Below, in pieces: positions 49,201-62,042 of a stretch of DNA of 64,000 nt. The notes beneath the pieces were generated by a model. It made no database searches. It was not told where the DNA came from and saw only the letters and a program-made list of their open reading frames with translations. Source of the stretch: Dimorphilus gyrociliatus (Eukaryota > Animalia > Annelida); NCBI GenBank assembly GCA_904063045.1, contig CAJFCJ010000020.1, forward strand, positions 364,916-428,915, written 5' to 3'. The translations under genes were made by a program, and so were the position numbers. The first letter of the stretch is position 1, and each line of letters begins with the position of its first letter.

Positions 49201-52200
49201 TAGAGAAATAACAATTTCTTTACCTCTTGGTACAACGAAGCTAGATTCTAAGCAACTAGAATCCGTAAGATTATTTTGCAGTCTTGATGGTAATATAATA
49301 TAAATATCTTTCAATTTTGATAACTATACGTATTTAATTTTCTATATTCATCTATTAGAAAGGAATGTCAAATGGGAAGATATTACGGGGACGACGGAAA
49401 TAACTTATTCTAAAAATTGCGCTCACTTTAAGACAATTTATCCTGGAAAATTTTGGATATTAATCGATAATGGATTTAATCATGATCTTATTAATCGATT
49501 ATATAATAGAATAAGTTCCATTCCTTATTTAGTAAATTTCGTTTGTTTTTCGAAACGTTTTAGCAAATATAGGGGACAGTTACGTCTATTTTGCATCAGT
49601 GATGATAAACTTGATAAGACCCTAGAAGGGCAAGAGAATTTTGAAAAAATTGTCACTTCGAAATTAATTGAAGTGGGTGAAGGCTGGGAAATTGGTGTCG
49701 AAGTTAGTGAGAACTTTGAAATAGTATCTAAATCCAAGGAAGGCATCGCTATGGCATTTAGACCTTTCGTTGAAAATAGATTGTCTATTAATTTGCGAAT
49801 AAGAGATTATCGAAAGAAAGACGAAGGTTTTATCAATCTTGTTAAGAAATCTAATAAGAAATCATCTATCAAAGAGATAATATGCACCCTGCCTATCCAT
49901 TTTCCATTATCCAATGAATTCAGTGATTCTGATAGTGATAATAATATTGAAAAGGAAATCGACGAAGAGAATAATGTTATTGATAATCTCGATGAATCTA
50001 TCAATAACATAGGAATTGAAGATGTTCAACAGGCACTAACCGGAACTACAGAACCAAATATAAAATCTTCAAATAAATTAAATCTCGATGAACTTGACTT
50101 AAAATTAACGGATATTGCAGGATCTTTGGGAGACGATTGGGAAAAGTTAGCCTATCGTTTAAATTCCGATAATGCAGAAATAAAAAACATTCAAGCTTCA
50201 TACGATTATCACGGAGAAAAGGCACTGGTTTACTTTCACTATTTATTGAGCGTCGATCCACCTGTAACAGGTATAGTACAATTCTTATTTAGATAATAAA
50301 CAGTATAGAGGAAAATGGAAAAATATTAACGATTATCGTTTCTTATTACAGGCAAAGAGTTTGTAAAGGCGCTTAAGAAAATCGGTCGAGAAGACGTTAT
50401 TATCGATTATATCACCGATTTAGAGTTAAAAAGTTTGGCCTATGAGGAAAATGAAAAGGAAGAAGAAGAAGAAGAAAAAGAGGAAAAAGAAAAAGATACA
50501 CCAATAAATGATCTTAACAACAGAAATGGTGATAATAATCAAAATAATACGGTGAATAGACAAGAAAAGAAATATTATTTTATTTTTCTTTGTTAAAAAT
50601 ATCTCTACTATATGAAATTCTTTTTTTTTTCTTTAACGTCATAAAAAAGAGTTCTTCCCTAAAAGAAAATAATGAGAATGATGAAAAGCCAATAGCAGGT
50701 AAGGTTTTTTTTAAATAACCAATTTTTCAATAGTATGATTAAGCTTTTGTGAAAAACACGTTTTGTTAATTCAACGAGCTTATAAGGGTTTATGAAAATT
50801 TCTTTGAGTCTTGGCTTTTTAGATGAACTTGAAGAAGAGGAGTTCTTTCCTGAAATTAATAATGTTAAACCTCCTATTAAAATTGAAAATGACGACAATT
50901 TGCCTAAAATGTCATACGTAGACGCCTTAAATTTCATTGCTGATCAGTTAGGTGATTGTGAAATTAAAAGCTTATTATATCCTGAATTTGATCAAGGTTA
51001 ATTTTTTTTATGATTATTAAATAGCAAAATTCATATATAATGTAGCATTTTTTTAACCTTTATACCTTAATATAGACTTTATATTAAAATATATTGTATA
51101 TAATTACAATGTATATTGAATAGATATAGTATAGTATACCAATTTTATATTATACATTATCCTATTTTATCACACTATTTAAATAGAACATGAAACTCTT
51201 GAAGAAAACTTTAAAGAGCAATTTTCCGAGCCAAAAGAAGCAATAATCAATAATTTACAGCTTCCCGGTAAGCTAATTAGATCTCTTTATATTTCAACTT
51301 TTTGTTTTAGTATAAAAAGAAACTAAACATTTATAAATATACTGTAAATATCAATATATTTGTAGTTTTTTATATATGTATATATGTATAGATACATACA
51401 GTATATATATTTCATATATATTCATAGAAAGCGTATTTACATTCTATATAAAAGTGTTAGGATATGAAAAAAATTATCGTGTTTTTCTTCAAGATAACAC
51501 TCTTGCTGAAAAAGACCCATTTGAAGAGGAGAAAATTGACATAAACGATTTGAAATTAACAAAGATAGCGGATAAACTTGGCTCTGATTGGCAGAAATTG
51601 GCTACTCACTTCGATTTAACTAAGGAGGATATTGACGAAATAAAAACTTATGATAGTGAAGTTGAATCAGCTATGATATGTATTCAGACGATAGCCGAAA
51701 AAATTGGCTTGTCTGAAGGAAAACAAATAGAAAAAGCCCTATCGGTAATTGGAAGAGAAGATATCATCAGGAAGTATGTAAGGACAAAGAGCGGAAATTT
51801 TCAGAAAGGTAAAATCCTTAATTATAGTTTGTATTTCTTCATTTAAAAAGTATCTTTCTAACCGTAACACAGCATTCGAGGAGAGTGACTATAGTAAAGT
51901 ATGTACATGAAATTATTAACTACACTATATACTATTATTAAACAGTATTAAATTAAAAATATGATTCAAGCTTATAATTTAGCAATAGAATTGAAAAAAT
52001 TATTTTATGTATAGTAATATAGTATGTTTTTAAATTTTAATTTTCCTTACTCATCTTTTTTGTCCTCTTCCTTAGAAACTCATGGAGCATCAAGAGTATT
52101 CAGGTATTTTTATATTTTCTTAATTATTTATGTTGTTATAGTTATGCAAGATATTAATATAAAGAATTATCGTTTACGATATAGTAGATAATAATACTAA

Positions 52201-54562
52201 ATATAGAGACAGTCGCTAGATAATGTGACACTACTTACGTAAAAGAGTTTAGGCGATTCTTACTCTAGAAATTTCTTCTTTTTTTTTTTACTTGTAAAAC
52301 TTATTAAAGATTATTATGGAGAGTTTGAAGATGATAGCGATGATTCGGATAGTATTGATTATCGTAGAACATTGTCTGTAATAACAGAAATGACCGAGCC
52401 AAATAATTCTTTTGACAATGAAGAGTTTGGACTTGATAATGAAATTTTAGAAAACAAGGGCGGAATCCTTGAATCTGTAAAATTCAATAAAAGTACACTT
52501 AAGATGCAAGAGAATACGGAAGAAAGTAACGGGGAAAACTGTTCAGTTAATCAAGAAGATGATTTGTCGACATCTCATGATTATTCGCAGCCAAGTGAAT
52601 CAGAAATTAAAGATGTTGATGAAAAGATACATGAGAATAAAAACGACAAAGACCGAACTCTAACTAGAACCACATTTTCTTATGAAGATGATACCGAAAA
52701 GGCCAATTCAATAAATAATCCGTATTATGATAGCAATGAAGAGATTGATTCTAACGATTCCGAAGAGGATAACAATTTGGATATTAGCAGTAATGAGACA
52801 CATTGTAAAATCCCAATTTCAAGGGAGCTATCGATTGAGAATTATGAAAAACCACTTATTGATCAAGAACAAGAGAGTTCTAATGATCATTCAGAGAATG
52901 CTATAGTACAACTGGAAAAAGAAAACATCGAAACAGAGGATAATTTCTGTAATAATATCAAATCAAAGAACGGATCAATTGATAGCTATGAGGTGTTAAG
53001 CAATAAAGACGAAAGGGAAATTGAAAATTCTCGTAATAGTGCAGAAGACAAGAGAAATATTTCAATCGAATTAGACGATCAATTACAGTCGTCGAATGAA
53101 ATAGACAACTCTAATATGAATAAAAATGAATTACCCCTATCAGATCCGGGAGATTTGCTATCCGAATTAAAAGAGTCCAGTAATAATAGTATAACTTCTG
53201 AAGAATTAGCACCACATTATGAAAACAATCACCAACTTTCGGGAACAGAAACTAAAGATAACAATTTTAACGAGTCAAGGGAATTAATTACAGATGTTTT
53301 AGACAACGATCACAACAATGAAGAGAAATTAGATGAAAATACTTGTGAGAAAGACCAATTAGGTGACTCTTATAAACTTACAGAATCCCCAAGTGTTACA
53401 GAGGATCTTTCAAAATCCGATCGTGAAAACGAAAAGGAAAATATCCCTAATCTCGAAGAGCCAAAAGAGTCTTTGCAATCACCGCTAATAACTACTTTCG
53501 AAGATTACTCTGATAACAATAAAATTCGACTTGCAGAAGAACTTTCGGAAAAAGGTATAGATAAAAGCAAAGAAGCTTTAAGAAAAGATGAAATAGTTGA
53601 GGAGGAGGAAGAAAGAGATGAAAAAATTTCACATCTTTCACAAGAAGATCATAATATTGATCCGCAAAGAGAAGACCACGCGAACAAAGATAATATAGAA
53701 GAGGAATATGCACTAAAACAACCGAATACAATAGAAACTTGTCAAGAGGACACTAACCTAGAGACTCAACATCAAATGACTGTAGAAGAAGAACTTCAAC
53801 AATCGAATTTTGACGACATAGACGAAAGGTCTAATGTAATAAGTGAAGAATTAGAAAAGGATGAAGAAGCTGAAAAAGAACAAGAAATAACTGAGAAAAA
53901 ATTCGGCGATACAAATACAGAATTAGTATTGGTAAAAGAAAGAGATGAAGAAGAAAAAGACATACAAGAAAAAGAGGTAGAATATGAAGGGAAAATGTTT
54001 TTAGACACAAAAGTTTATACTGAAGAGAAGCCAGAGAATGAAATTAATAAAGATTTACCATCGGAATATAATAGTTCCATAGAAGAAGATAATTTTCTTG
54101 ATAAATTAGATGAAAATATTGAGGAAACTCAAAACTCAAGTAATGATATAAACAATAAGCTTATGTCTTGTGATAAATTGTGAATGCGCTGCTTATCTTT
54201 TTGCATGTTTTATTAACTTTTATGGCACTGATGATGAATACGAAAAGCAACCTCATAAAAAGGAATGGATTACTCGCTATTAAATGATACGATAACTGAT
54301 AAGATCAATTACTGAATGTGTAAGCTAGTTTTAGCATGATTAGTAATATCAAACTTAAATAATTACTGGCTTAATTGTCTTCGTTTTAAAAAATTTTACG
54401 GTTGTTTCCAGGAAATCCTTTAGACTAGGTCTGGAGAGCAAGCAGTAATTAGTATTTGGATGCCTTATAAAAAGAACGCTTATCTTGTAATGAATATATA
54501 AAGTATATATAATTTGTTATCGCTCAGTTTGGCATCCATTTGAAAGGTTTAAAAGTCTGAAA

Positions 54563-54601
<39 letters not shown>

Positions 54602-54864
54602 TATATATATACTTATGATAGAATATTTCTTTTCTCTAGAATCAGCGAATAATTCATCGGAAAAAGAAATTCCAGAGTTGAACGTCTCTACCAATGATAA
54701 AAAATCTGAGGAAAATGATGAGTAAGTGAATTTTTCTTTTCAACCTCTTCAATCGTTTATTAAACAATAATTATGATACATTTCAAATGAGAGAAATAAT
54801 TGAATATCTTTCTTCATTCAGAGAAACATCGGCGGAGAAAACGGTTCAAGAAACCTCTAATTAA
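43209..54864 (+). CDS. ANK: Divergent canonical-type ankyrin: 24 ANK repeats, ZU5-ZU5-UPA, two death domains, optional large acidic exon, acidic tail
   Basis: I counted 24 repeats from GEQLFLAC (exon 43517) to DGQTALSIA (exon ~47208), including ankyrin-specific repeats 4-6 ([12 protein letters not shown]; [13 protein letters not shown]). ZU5a [11 protein letters not shown]...GLRIIV...[10 protein letters not shown]5b [26 protein letters not shown]...RLFCISDDK. Death domains at ~50080-50410 and ~51540-51780. Last exons 54640-54721 and 54822-54864. Confidence 0.92.
52310..54183 (+). other. Large (about 1.85 kb) acidic, low-complexity ankyrin exon, probably alternatively spliced
   Basis: Phase-1 acceptor at 52308-52309 is in frame with ORF 52372..54183 (E/D/N/S-rich). 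The exon can end at its own TGA, or at a phase-1 donor at 54140. Flanking exons are phase-1 compatible, so skipping keeps the frame. Confidence 0.75.
54568..54598 (+). repeat. (AT)n microsatellite in an ankyrin intron
   Basis: Read directly from the sequence. Confidence 0.9.
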
Positions 54865-55181
54865 ATACATTTTGAAATAAACATGCTACACAAAAAATGC
54901 CTGTATTTTTTATGTTGTTTGTTTGTGAATTTACGTTATTGATAGAAACATTCACATATAATATGTATATTCTTATAGTAAAACTTGTGCGTTTCTGTAT
55001 AACTATTAAACTATTATATCTTTGAACCATTCGGTTAGCTAAAAATAAAATTAAGGATTGATTTTTCCCGGTAAATATTTCAGTATATTTTTTGCCTTTA
55101 TGATTTTTATAGGCCCCATTAGCCAACTGCTTTTAAACAATCAATAATCAACAGCTGACCGTTGAATAGTTTCTCAATGTG

Positions 55182-58100
55182 ATGTGGCGATGGAATGTAT
55201 CAATTTTAAACTTATTTTGGATATTTACACTATTGTTTTGGATAACAACGGTCTTTGTTGTTGAAAATGTAGTGGATATTTTAGAAAATCCTAAATTTCG
55301 AATTAGACATCGAGATAAGAGATTTTCGGGTATTTATTCTTAATTAGTAATATATTAATAAATGAATCTTTATGAATAAATCTTTTCTAATATTCGACAG
55401 AAAATTCGTCTTTTAACGGAACGAATTTCGTTACAAATAAGCCATCTTTTGTCCAAAATAATGGCACTACTGTTAAATTCTTAACTACTGGCCTTCTGGA
55501 TGCGGTTAACAGTGATACGAGGACAAATGACTATCCGTCCAAACAAGTTACTAACGAATCAACTGCAAATGTCACGTCCGTCCCTCCTTTTAGTAAAATC
55601 TCCTCGGAGAGTCAGTCTTCTACTATTTATAACGAGAATAATCACACAGAGAAATACACAAGAAAAACAACTCCTTTTCCTACTACCAATAATACCATAA
55701 CTTATTCTTTTACCACTTCAAAAAATCTAAATAGCTCGGAAGGAGAGACGTCATCAAAATCGCCCTATAATTCGACGTTAGCGTTAAGGGATAATACTAA
55801 AGGCTACTTTTCCATAAATAACACATCTAATGGAACAGAAAGTAAACCTGAAAAAACTGAATATTATACCAATCCTACTCAATCTTATTTATATAATAAC
55901 GAATCGACCGTTAGTTCCCGCCTTAATAAATCAACCACTTCTGACGTTCAGCTTATTCAAAATTTAACAACTACTAATTTTGTACAAAATGAGACATTTG
56001 CTAAAACTACAGTTAATCAATTATTCGATTATAATAATACTCAACAAGTTAACACAACCTATTCTACAAAAATGAATAAATCCTTTACAACAACTTCAGA
56101 TTACTCAGTGAAATCATCTGTTCAAACAACAATTAAAAATCTACGTTCATCTTCAAATATTACGAATAGTGTCAATTTTACAACTCCATTGTATTATTCA
56201 AATACTAATAATTTTACACTTTCGTTAAATCAAACAACATCTGTGTCATCGGAGATATTTAATGTGACTAGTGCAACAACGCCTAACCTTGCAAATTATA
56301 CTACTGTCACAAAAAAATATGACAACATTACAAGAGGTATTAGGTATCCAACGACCCCATCCGTTTCCAACGCAAGCTCAACTGAGAAACGAACTGATAG
56401 GCCAGAATTTACGAAGACTGTGAGAGTTGTATCTACAGAATCGATACCTGGAATAGCTAATGAATTTAATTATACCGATAAAATCAATAGTTCAATGGAT
56501 TTATCAACGCAAACAGATGATTCTAGTACTAAGTCTTCCTTTCATCCAACAACAGTTGGTTCATCTACAGTTACCATGAGTCAGTTAGCAGATGATAGTT
56601 TAATTACATCAGAAAGCTCCGTTAAAGACAAATCAACATCAGCTTTAACTACACCTTCGAACAATAACAATAATAATGTAACTGAGGCCACTAGTAAGCA
56701 GATTTCAAAGAGTACTATCAATCCTACTTCGATAACAGAAATGTTTCACCCTACAACGACGATTAGCGGAAGCAATAAAAGTGATTTTGAGAATTCAACA
56801 ACGCTAATTTCTGCACCGAAGAGTACAGTGAAGCCAGGAAACGTAACTATTGACTACTTGCAAACAACAGAAAAAGAGGAAATTAAAACTGTTAACACTT
56901 CAAGTAGTGAGATTACGACTACAGATAGTTCTGAAACGTCGATTGTAACACAAGAAGGATCACCCATTGTTACACCTTCAAATGACAATGAGTTTTCCAA
57001 CACTATTAATCTAGATAATAAAACAACTGCAAATGATGCCAACAGTGGCAAAAGTTATCCTCCGAACGTAACACCGGAATATACAACATTCTCCTATGGC
57101 ACTAAAGAGAAGGATAAAGTGTCAAAGACATACACTACGAATGTTAATAAATTACAAACTGCGAGTGTTGTTAATTTTACAAACACTATGAAAATTGACT
57201 ATAGTACGAAATCTACGAGCTATTTTACTTCTGAGGCGAAAACAACAGTTAAAAATATACCAACAACACAGCAAATTTCTGTTAAAACTCTTGCTGCTTC
57301 ATCACCAACAACCAAAGTTGATAATGGAAATTATTCATTTAATTATCAAACATCAATTAAAGACAATTTAAAAAAAACTACACCAAATTTAAATTATCAA
57401 TCTACCCAGACTGCTGAAAATGACTATACTAAAAATACTTATCCTATTACTATTCCAAATAGTCCTAAAAATTCTATTACAAACACAAAAACACCTATAA
57501 AACCTACTGATGGGAGTGTTGACTCTGAAACGTTAACAGTAATCGTTGTAGGCCTTTTAACCAATGAAAAAATATCAATAATTAAAACGGATAGCTTTTT
57601 AAATGGCATGAAAAAAGGTAAAATTTCAAGAGAAGAATATAAAAAAAATATAATTTAAAATGAATGTAATTTAATAATTTTAATAAATCTAATTAGCTTT
57701 GGAAGATTTGTACAAAAAAGGCTTAAATCCTGAAGAGAAATTGAAAAGATCAACTTCAGATATTAAAATTAAGGTTGATTTACAATTTCCATTAAATAGA
57801 ATTATTAATTTCAAGAAATTTTTAATATTAATAATTCCATTTTACTTATAAAGGTTAAGAGTATTGAAGAAACAAAGAAATATAAAAAATTGGCTGCTGA
57901 GATTGTTTTTGAGGTGATGGAAAAATCGACAACAGTACCTGCAAAACGAGTCTCGGAAATTATGAATAAAGTTGGAAATTCCTCTATACAGTCTAAGATT
58001 GTTGGACGTACGGTATTTATGTGATATACTAATAATAAACTGTTAATAATGTTAATAATATTGTCCTTATAAGGTTCTAAAATCGCCTACTCCGTTTGTT

Positions 58101-59492
58101 GTATCGACAACAAATAAACCGCCTACGACAGACAATCAAATGCAACTACCTCTTCCGCCTTGGGCTTTTATCATTGTGATCTTAGGATCTCTGATAGTAG
58201 TCTTTATCCTAGTTATATTGTTCATTAAGAGATCCCATTGCAAATTATTTCTAAGTAAGAAAAGATCACGAAAGAAAATCTTGAAGATAAAAGCAAACAG
58301 GCAATACGAAGAATGGTTTGAAACTCTAAATAATGGTAAGATTATTGACAAAGTTTATTCGGATGATAGAAGAGTGATAGAGGAAACAGAAGGCGTTCTA
58401 AGTGATTTGTATTCTCCCGATACAACATTACCACCTATTTCACCTGCTGCTTCATCAGAGATAAAATCACCTCCAATTAATCAGATACATCAACAAGTTG
58501 ATTTTACGGAAATTGCTCCCAGTGAACGTATTGAATTGTTACCTCCACCCGTAAAGCATAAAGATAAAGAAACTAGAAAACAAAAAGAAAAGAGGCCAAT
58601 TGATAAGACAAATAGCGGAGAAATAGCTCAAATTTTCCAACCAGAAGGCTATGATCTACCTAAATTTGAAATTCTTCGAGTAACTGGAAAACGTGTTAAA
58701 ACTCAACAACTAGATGAGCCTGTTGATCCAGCTACCATACACCCTAGCCAATATATACCAAAGAGTATTGTACGACCTGTTGTTATAAAGACAAGAGACT
58801 ATTCTCCCCAACCTCCAGTAGTTAATTCACCAAGGCAGGAAAAATCTAAGATTCAGAGCGCCAAAAGAGATTTTTCCCCACCCCCTTTTCAAAATGATGA
58901 AAATTCACGAGTAGAATTTGTAAAATTACCCCCGCAGTCTCCAACTAAGCTCTCTGAGGACCGTAATCGGAGTTCATTTAGACCAGTAAATGGCCCCAAA
59001 ATTGTCACACCAATTAAGACGCCACTGAACGATTATCCTCAAGTACACATTACGAGAATAAAATCTGATGGAAGGACCATGCAGAGGATTGAGCCTTACG
59101 GAGCATCTGCTCATTCAGATGATGATAAGAAGACTGCAAATAAATCGAATAAGTAAGGGAGAGTAAACAATATATAAATATTTATAAATATATATATAAA
59201 TCTTGTTCTAATAACGGGATCTTTAATAGTTACTCTCTAAATCCTTCTCTGTTACAGGTTAACTGAAATATTAGATCAGTATTCCACACCAGACAGATCT
59301 TTAACTAAACAACCTATTGATAGATTGCCAAAGTCCATTCTAAAAGATTTATATCCACATATTTACGAAGCAAAAATCTTAGAAGAAAAGAAAGCTGACG
59401 TAATTAACAGCTTAATTTAATTTATTACAACAAATAATTAACAAAATCAATATTTTCAGGATGAATTATTTGATCATGTGTGCTACCCCTGA
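55182..59492 (+). CDS. Type I membrane mucin-like glycoprotein with SEA-like (UPF0606/KIAA1549-type) domain; exons 55182-55329, 55401-57617, 57697-57773, 57854-58012, 58074-59152, 59258-59399, 59460-59492
   Basis: Hydrophobic N-terminus followed by the furin site RDKR. About 700 aa of S/T/N-rich sequence with many N-x-S/T sequons. Then LTVIVVGLL...ALEDLYKKGL...KRST...EIVFEV...VPAKRVSEIMNKV, TM WAFIIVILGSLIVVFILVILFI, and a Pro-rich cytoplasmic tail. All junctions are in phase. Confidence 0.8.
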
Positions 59493-60266
59493 ATATTTCT
59501 GCCGACTTTACCTAACTGAATTAGTTTAGTTGCTCCATAAATCTTTGACTTTAATCTGCTCAAAGGAGTCTTATTTACTGCATATATATACTGCAATTAC
59601 TGAACGATATAAGTGTATATATTTTATTTACATACTTCCTTAATTTAATAACTTAATAAAGACTATAAATCTAATGAAAAATTTGAGTAAATGAATAATG
59701 TCTATAATAGAATAACAAATTATCAATTTGCAGTTTTTTTGCGGTTTCCAATAATTAATTTAAACATAATTTAAATATATATATATTTATATTTATACAA
59801 GTTTATTGTCTTTTATTATATATTTCTTGGATTAATCTAATTTATGAATATTTTTAACTATTTCGTTAAAAACTTGTAATTAGAGAAATAAGATGAAATT
59901 TTCTATAAATTCATTTCATTATTAATTATATTTCCAAGTTTATTAAAACGAATTCGATTCTTACTTCCAATTTTTTGTCGTAAATCCTTCAGATGGCGTT
60001 AGAGGTACTCTATATCGACTTTAACCTTCACTTATGCTTGCCTATCTTAGTATGTAATATTAATTTTCTTACAAAAAGTGGTTTAGTAGAAATTTTATTA
60101 TTATTGCATTAATTAATACAATTTATTGATTGCTCTTTTGCAAGTACCTTTAATTTAGAAATATTTTTTTTTCAGCTGTCCAACCTTTAAGTTTACTTAA
60201 TATCGCTCATACTCTAAATAAATATTAAAATTATAAATACATATATTTCACCGTTTATAATTGAAA

Positions 60267-60863
60267 ATGAACGACAGTCAGAATCACGACGAACTTGTTT
60301 CTACAGTATTTGGTATGTGTTAATTAGATCGATCCACTTTTCAAATAATGTTGATTTCAGATATTATTCGAACTATAAAGGACCCTGAAAAACCGGAAAC
60401 GCTTGAGGAGTTGGAGGTAGTAAGGGAAGAAGATGTTCAAGTTGCTCTTTCAGAAGATGGTACATTTCTATTAAATATATTATTTACTCCAACAGTTCCA
60501 CATTGTAGTTTAGCAACATTAATTGGTTGGTATACTACATAGGTTACAAGTGCAAGGTTATTCTTAATTTTCCTCCAAAAATAGGCCTATGCATGAGAGT
60601 AAAGATAGAAAAGAATTTGCCGCATAAGCATAAATTGGATATACTAATTAAAGAAGGAACTCACGAAACGGAAAGAGAAAGTAAAATGATTAAAGAAAGC
60701 CATTTTTTTTATATATACTTTCAACTGTTCAGTAATCTTTTTTTTTATCCTTTCAAAATTAGTTAACAAGCAACTAAATGATAAAGAAAGAGTGGCAGCA
60801 GCAATGGAAAATCCTAACTTAGAGGATCTCGTTAATCAGTGTATCAGCGAGGATGACTACTAA
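60267..60863 (+). CDS. CIAO2A: Cytosolic iron-sulfur assembly component 2A (FAM96A/MIP18 family), 4 exons
   Basis: [21 protein letters not shown]...[21 protein letters not shown]...[12 protein letters not shown]...[20 protein letters not shown]. The DPEKP and HKL...EGTH segments match FAM96A rather than FAM96B as recalled. Confidence 0.93.
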
Positions 60864-61565
60864 AAAAGCAGAAGATAACGATGATAATTTGAAAACATTA
60901 TCATCATTAAACTCTCGTTACACGCAGCCAAAACAAAATGAATTGTTATTTTTCTAATTGTTTTTTTTCCTTTTGATTACTTTTACATTAATAGTGAAAA
61001 ATGAATCATACTAATAATAAGAAGAGTCTATAATCATCCTTATCATCTTCCCTTTACGTTTGTTCCATTACAAAAACAAAAACAAAAAAAAAAGAAATTT
61101 CTCATTCATTAGGTTTGAAACAGTCGATTAAACGTTGCATTATTTAAAAAGCTGCCATTTCATCAATTATCTCTCAATGAAAAGATATTGATTTCAGCAT
61201 GTTTTAGCTAACTTAGTCTTTGAAGAACTCAGGGAATTTATGTCATCATCAAAATAATTATTTCTTAAATTGCGAATGGAGCACCTTTTGTTTTTTACAT
61301 ATAAAGCTTACAGTAGGATTGTTCTTGCTATGTAAACCTTTTAAGAATATGCTGAGTACTCTTCAGCAAACATCCGATTATTATAGGTATGGTTTAATTT
61401 ATTATTTATGAAAACAAGAGTAAACTTGATATTGTTGAAAAAGAATTGTAGGTAAATCGGTAAGTATTTTAAAAAAATAGTCCTTTATTTATAGAATTTA
61501 AAATATGTAAACTGTATAAACTGGTTAAACATTATAACTGGAAGTAAATTACAAAACTCGCCGTT

Positions 61566-62042
61566 TTATTCTTCGTCAATTCTATTATATTTATAACCTG
61601 AACTCCTTTCCCAGATTTTTACATGACGAAATGTACCGCAACACCAATTCAGAAACCAATGCTTCTTGCTTTTACTTTTACTTTCCTCCTTCCCTGCGTT
61701 AAGATCATCGGGTATTGGGTTTTCTGTTTCAGCATCAAGAATCAAGTCAGCCAGTGTGCCGGCATCTCCTTCAACTTTACTGCAACCATCTTCTTTAAAC
61801 CTGAGAGAACAAGATGTCGGCACACAGTCATTAGTATCTACAGATGTTGACAATATAGAATAAATGACTTCGCTCTGAATTGTAGATAATTCTTTCGACT
61901 TTTCTGCTTTCAATACCAAATTACCATTTTTGATCATTGCTCCAGGTATATTGTTATTTTCTGTAGAATCTACTTCAAGAGACTGTTGAGCATTCCAAAG
62001 ACATTGTTTGTCTAAATTCTTCGAAGTAAATTCTGACTGCAT
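61566..62042 (-). CDS. Uncharacterised 158-aa protein, single coding exon, with a basic/aromatic WCC motif near the C-terminus
   Basis: ATG in good context (acaatcATG), coding-like composition, KSKSKKHWFLNWCCG motif. No family recognised. Confidence 0.55.
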   Translation of the reverse strand: MQSEFTSKNLDKQCLWNAQQSLEVDSTENNNIPGAMIKNGNLVLKAEKSKELSTIQSEVIYSILSTSVDTNDCVPTSCSLRFKEDGCSKVEGDAGTLADLILDAETENPIPDDLNAGKEESKSKSKKHWFLNWCCGTFRHVKIWERSSGYKYNRIDEE

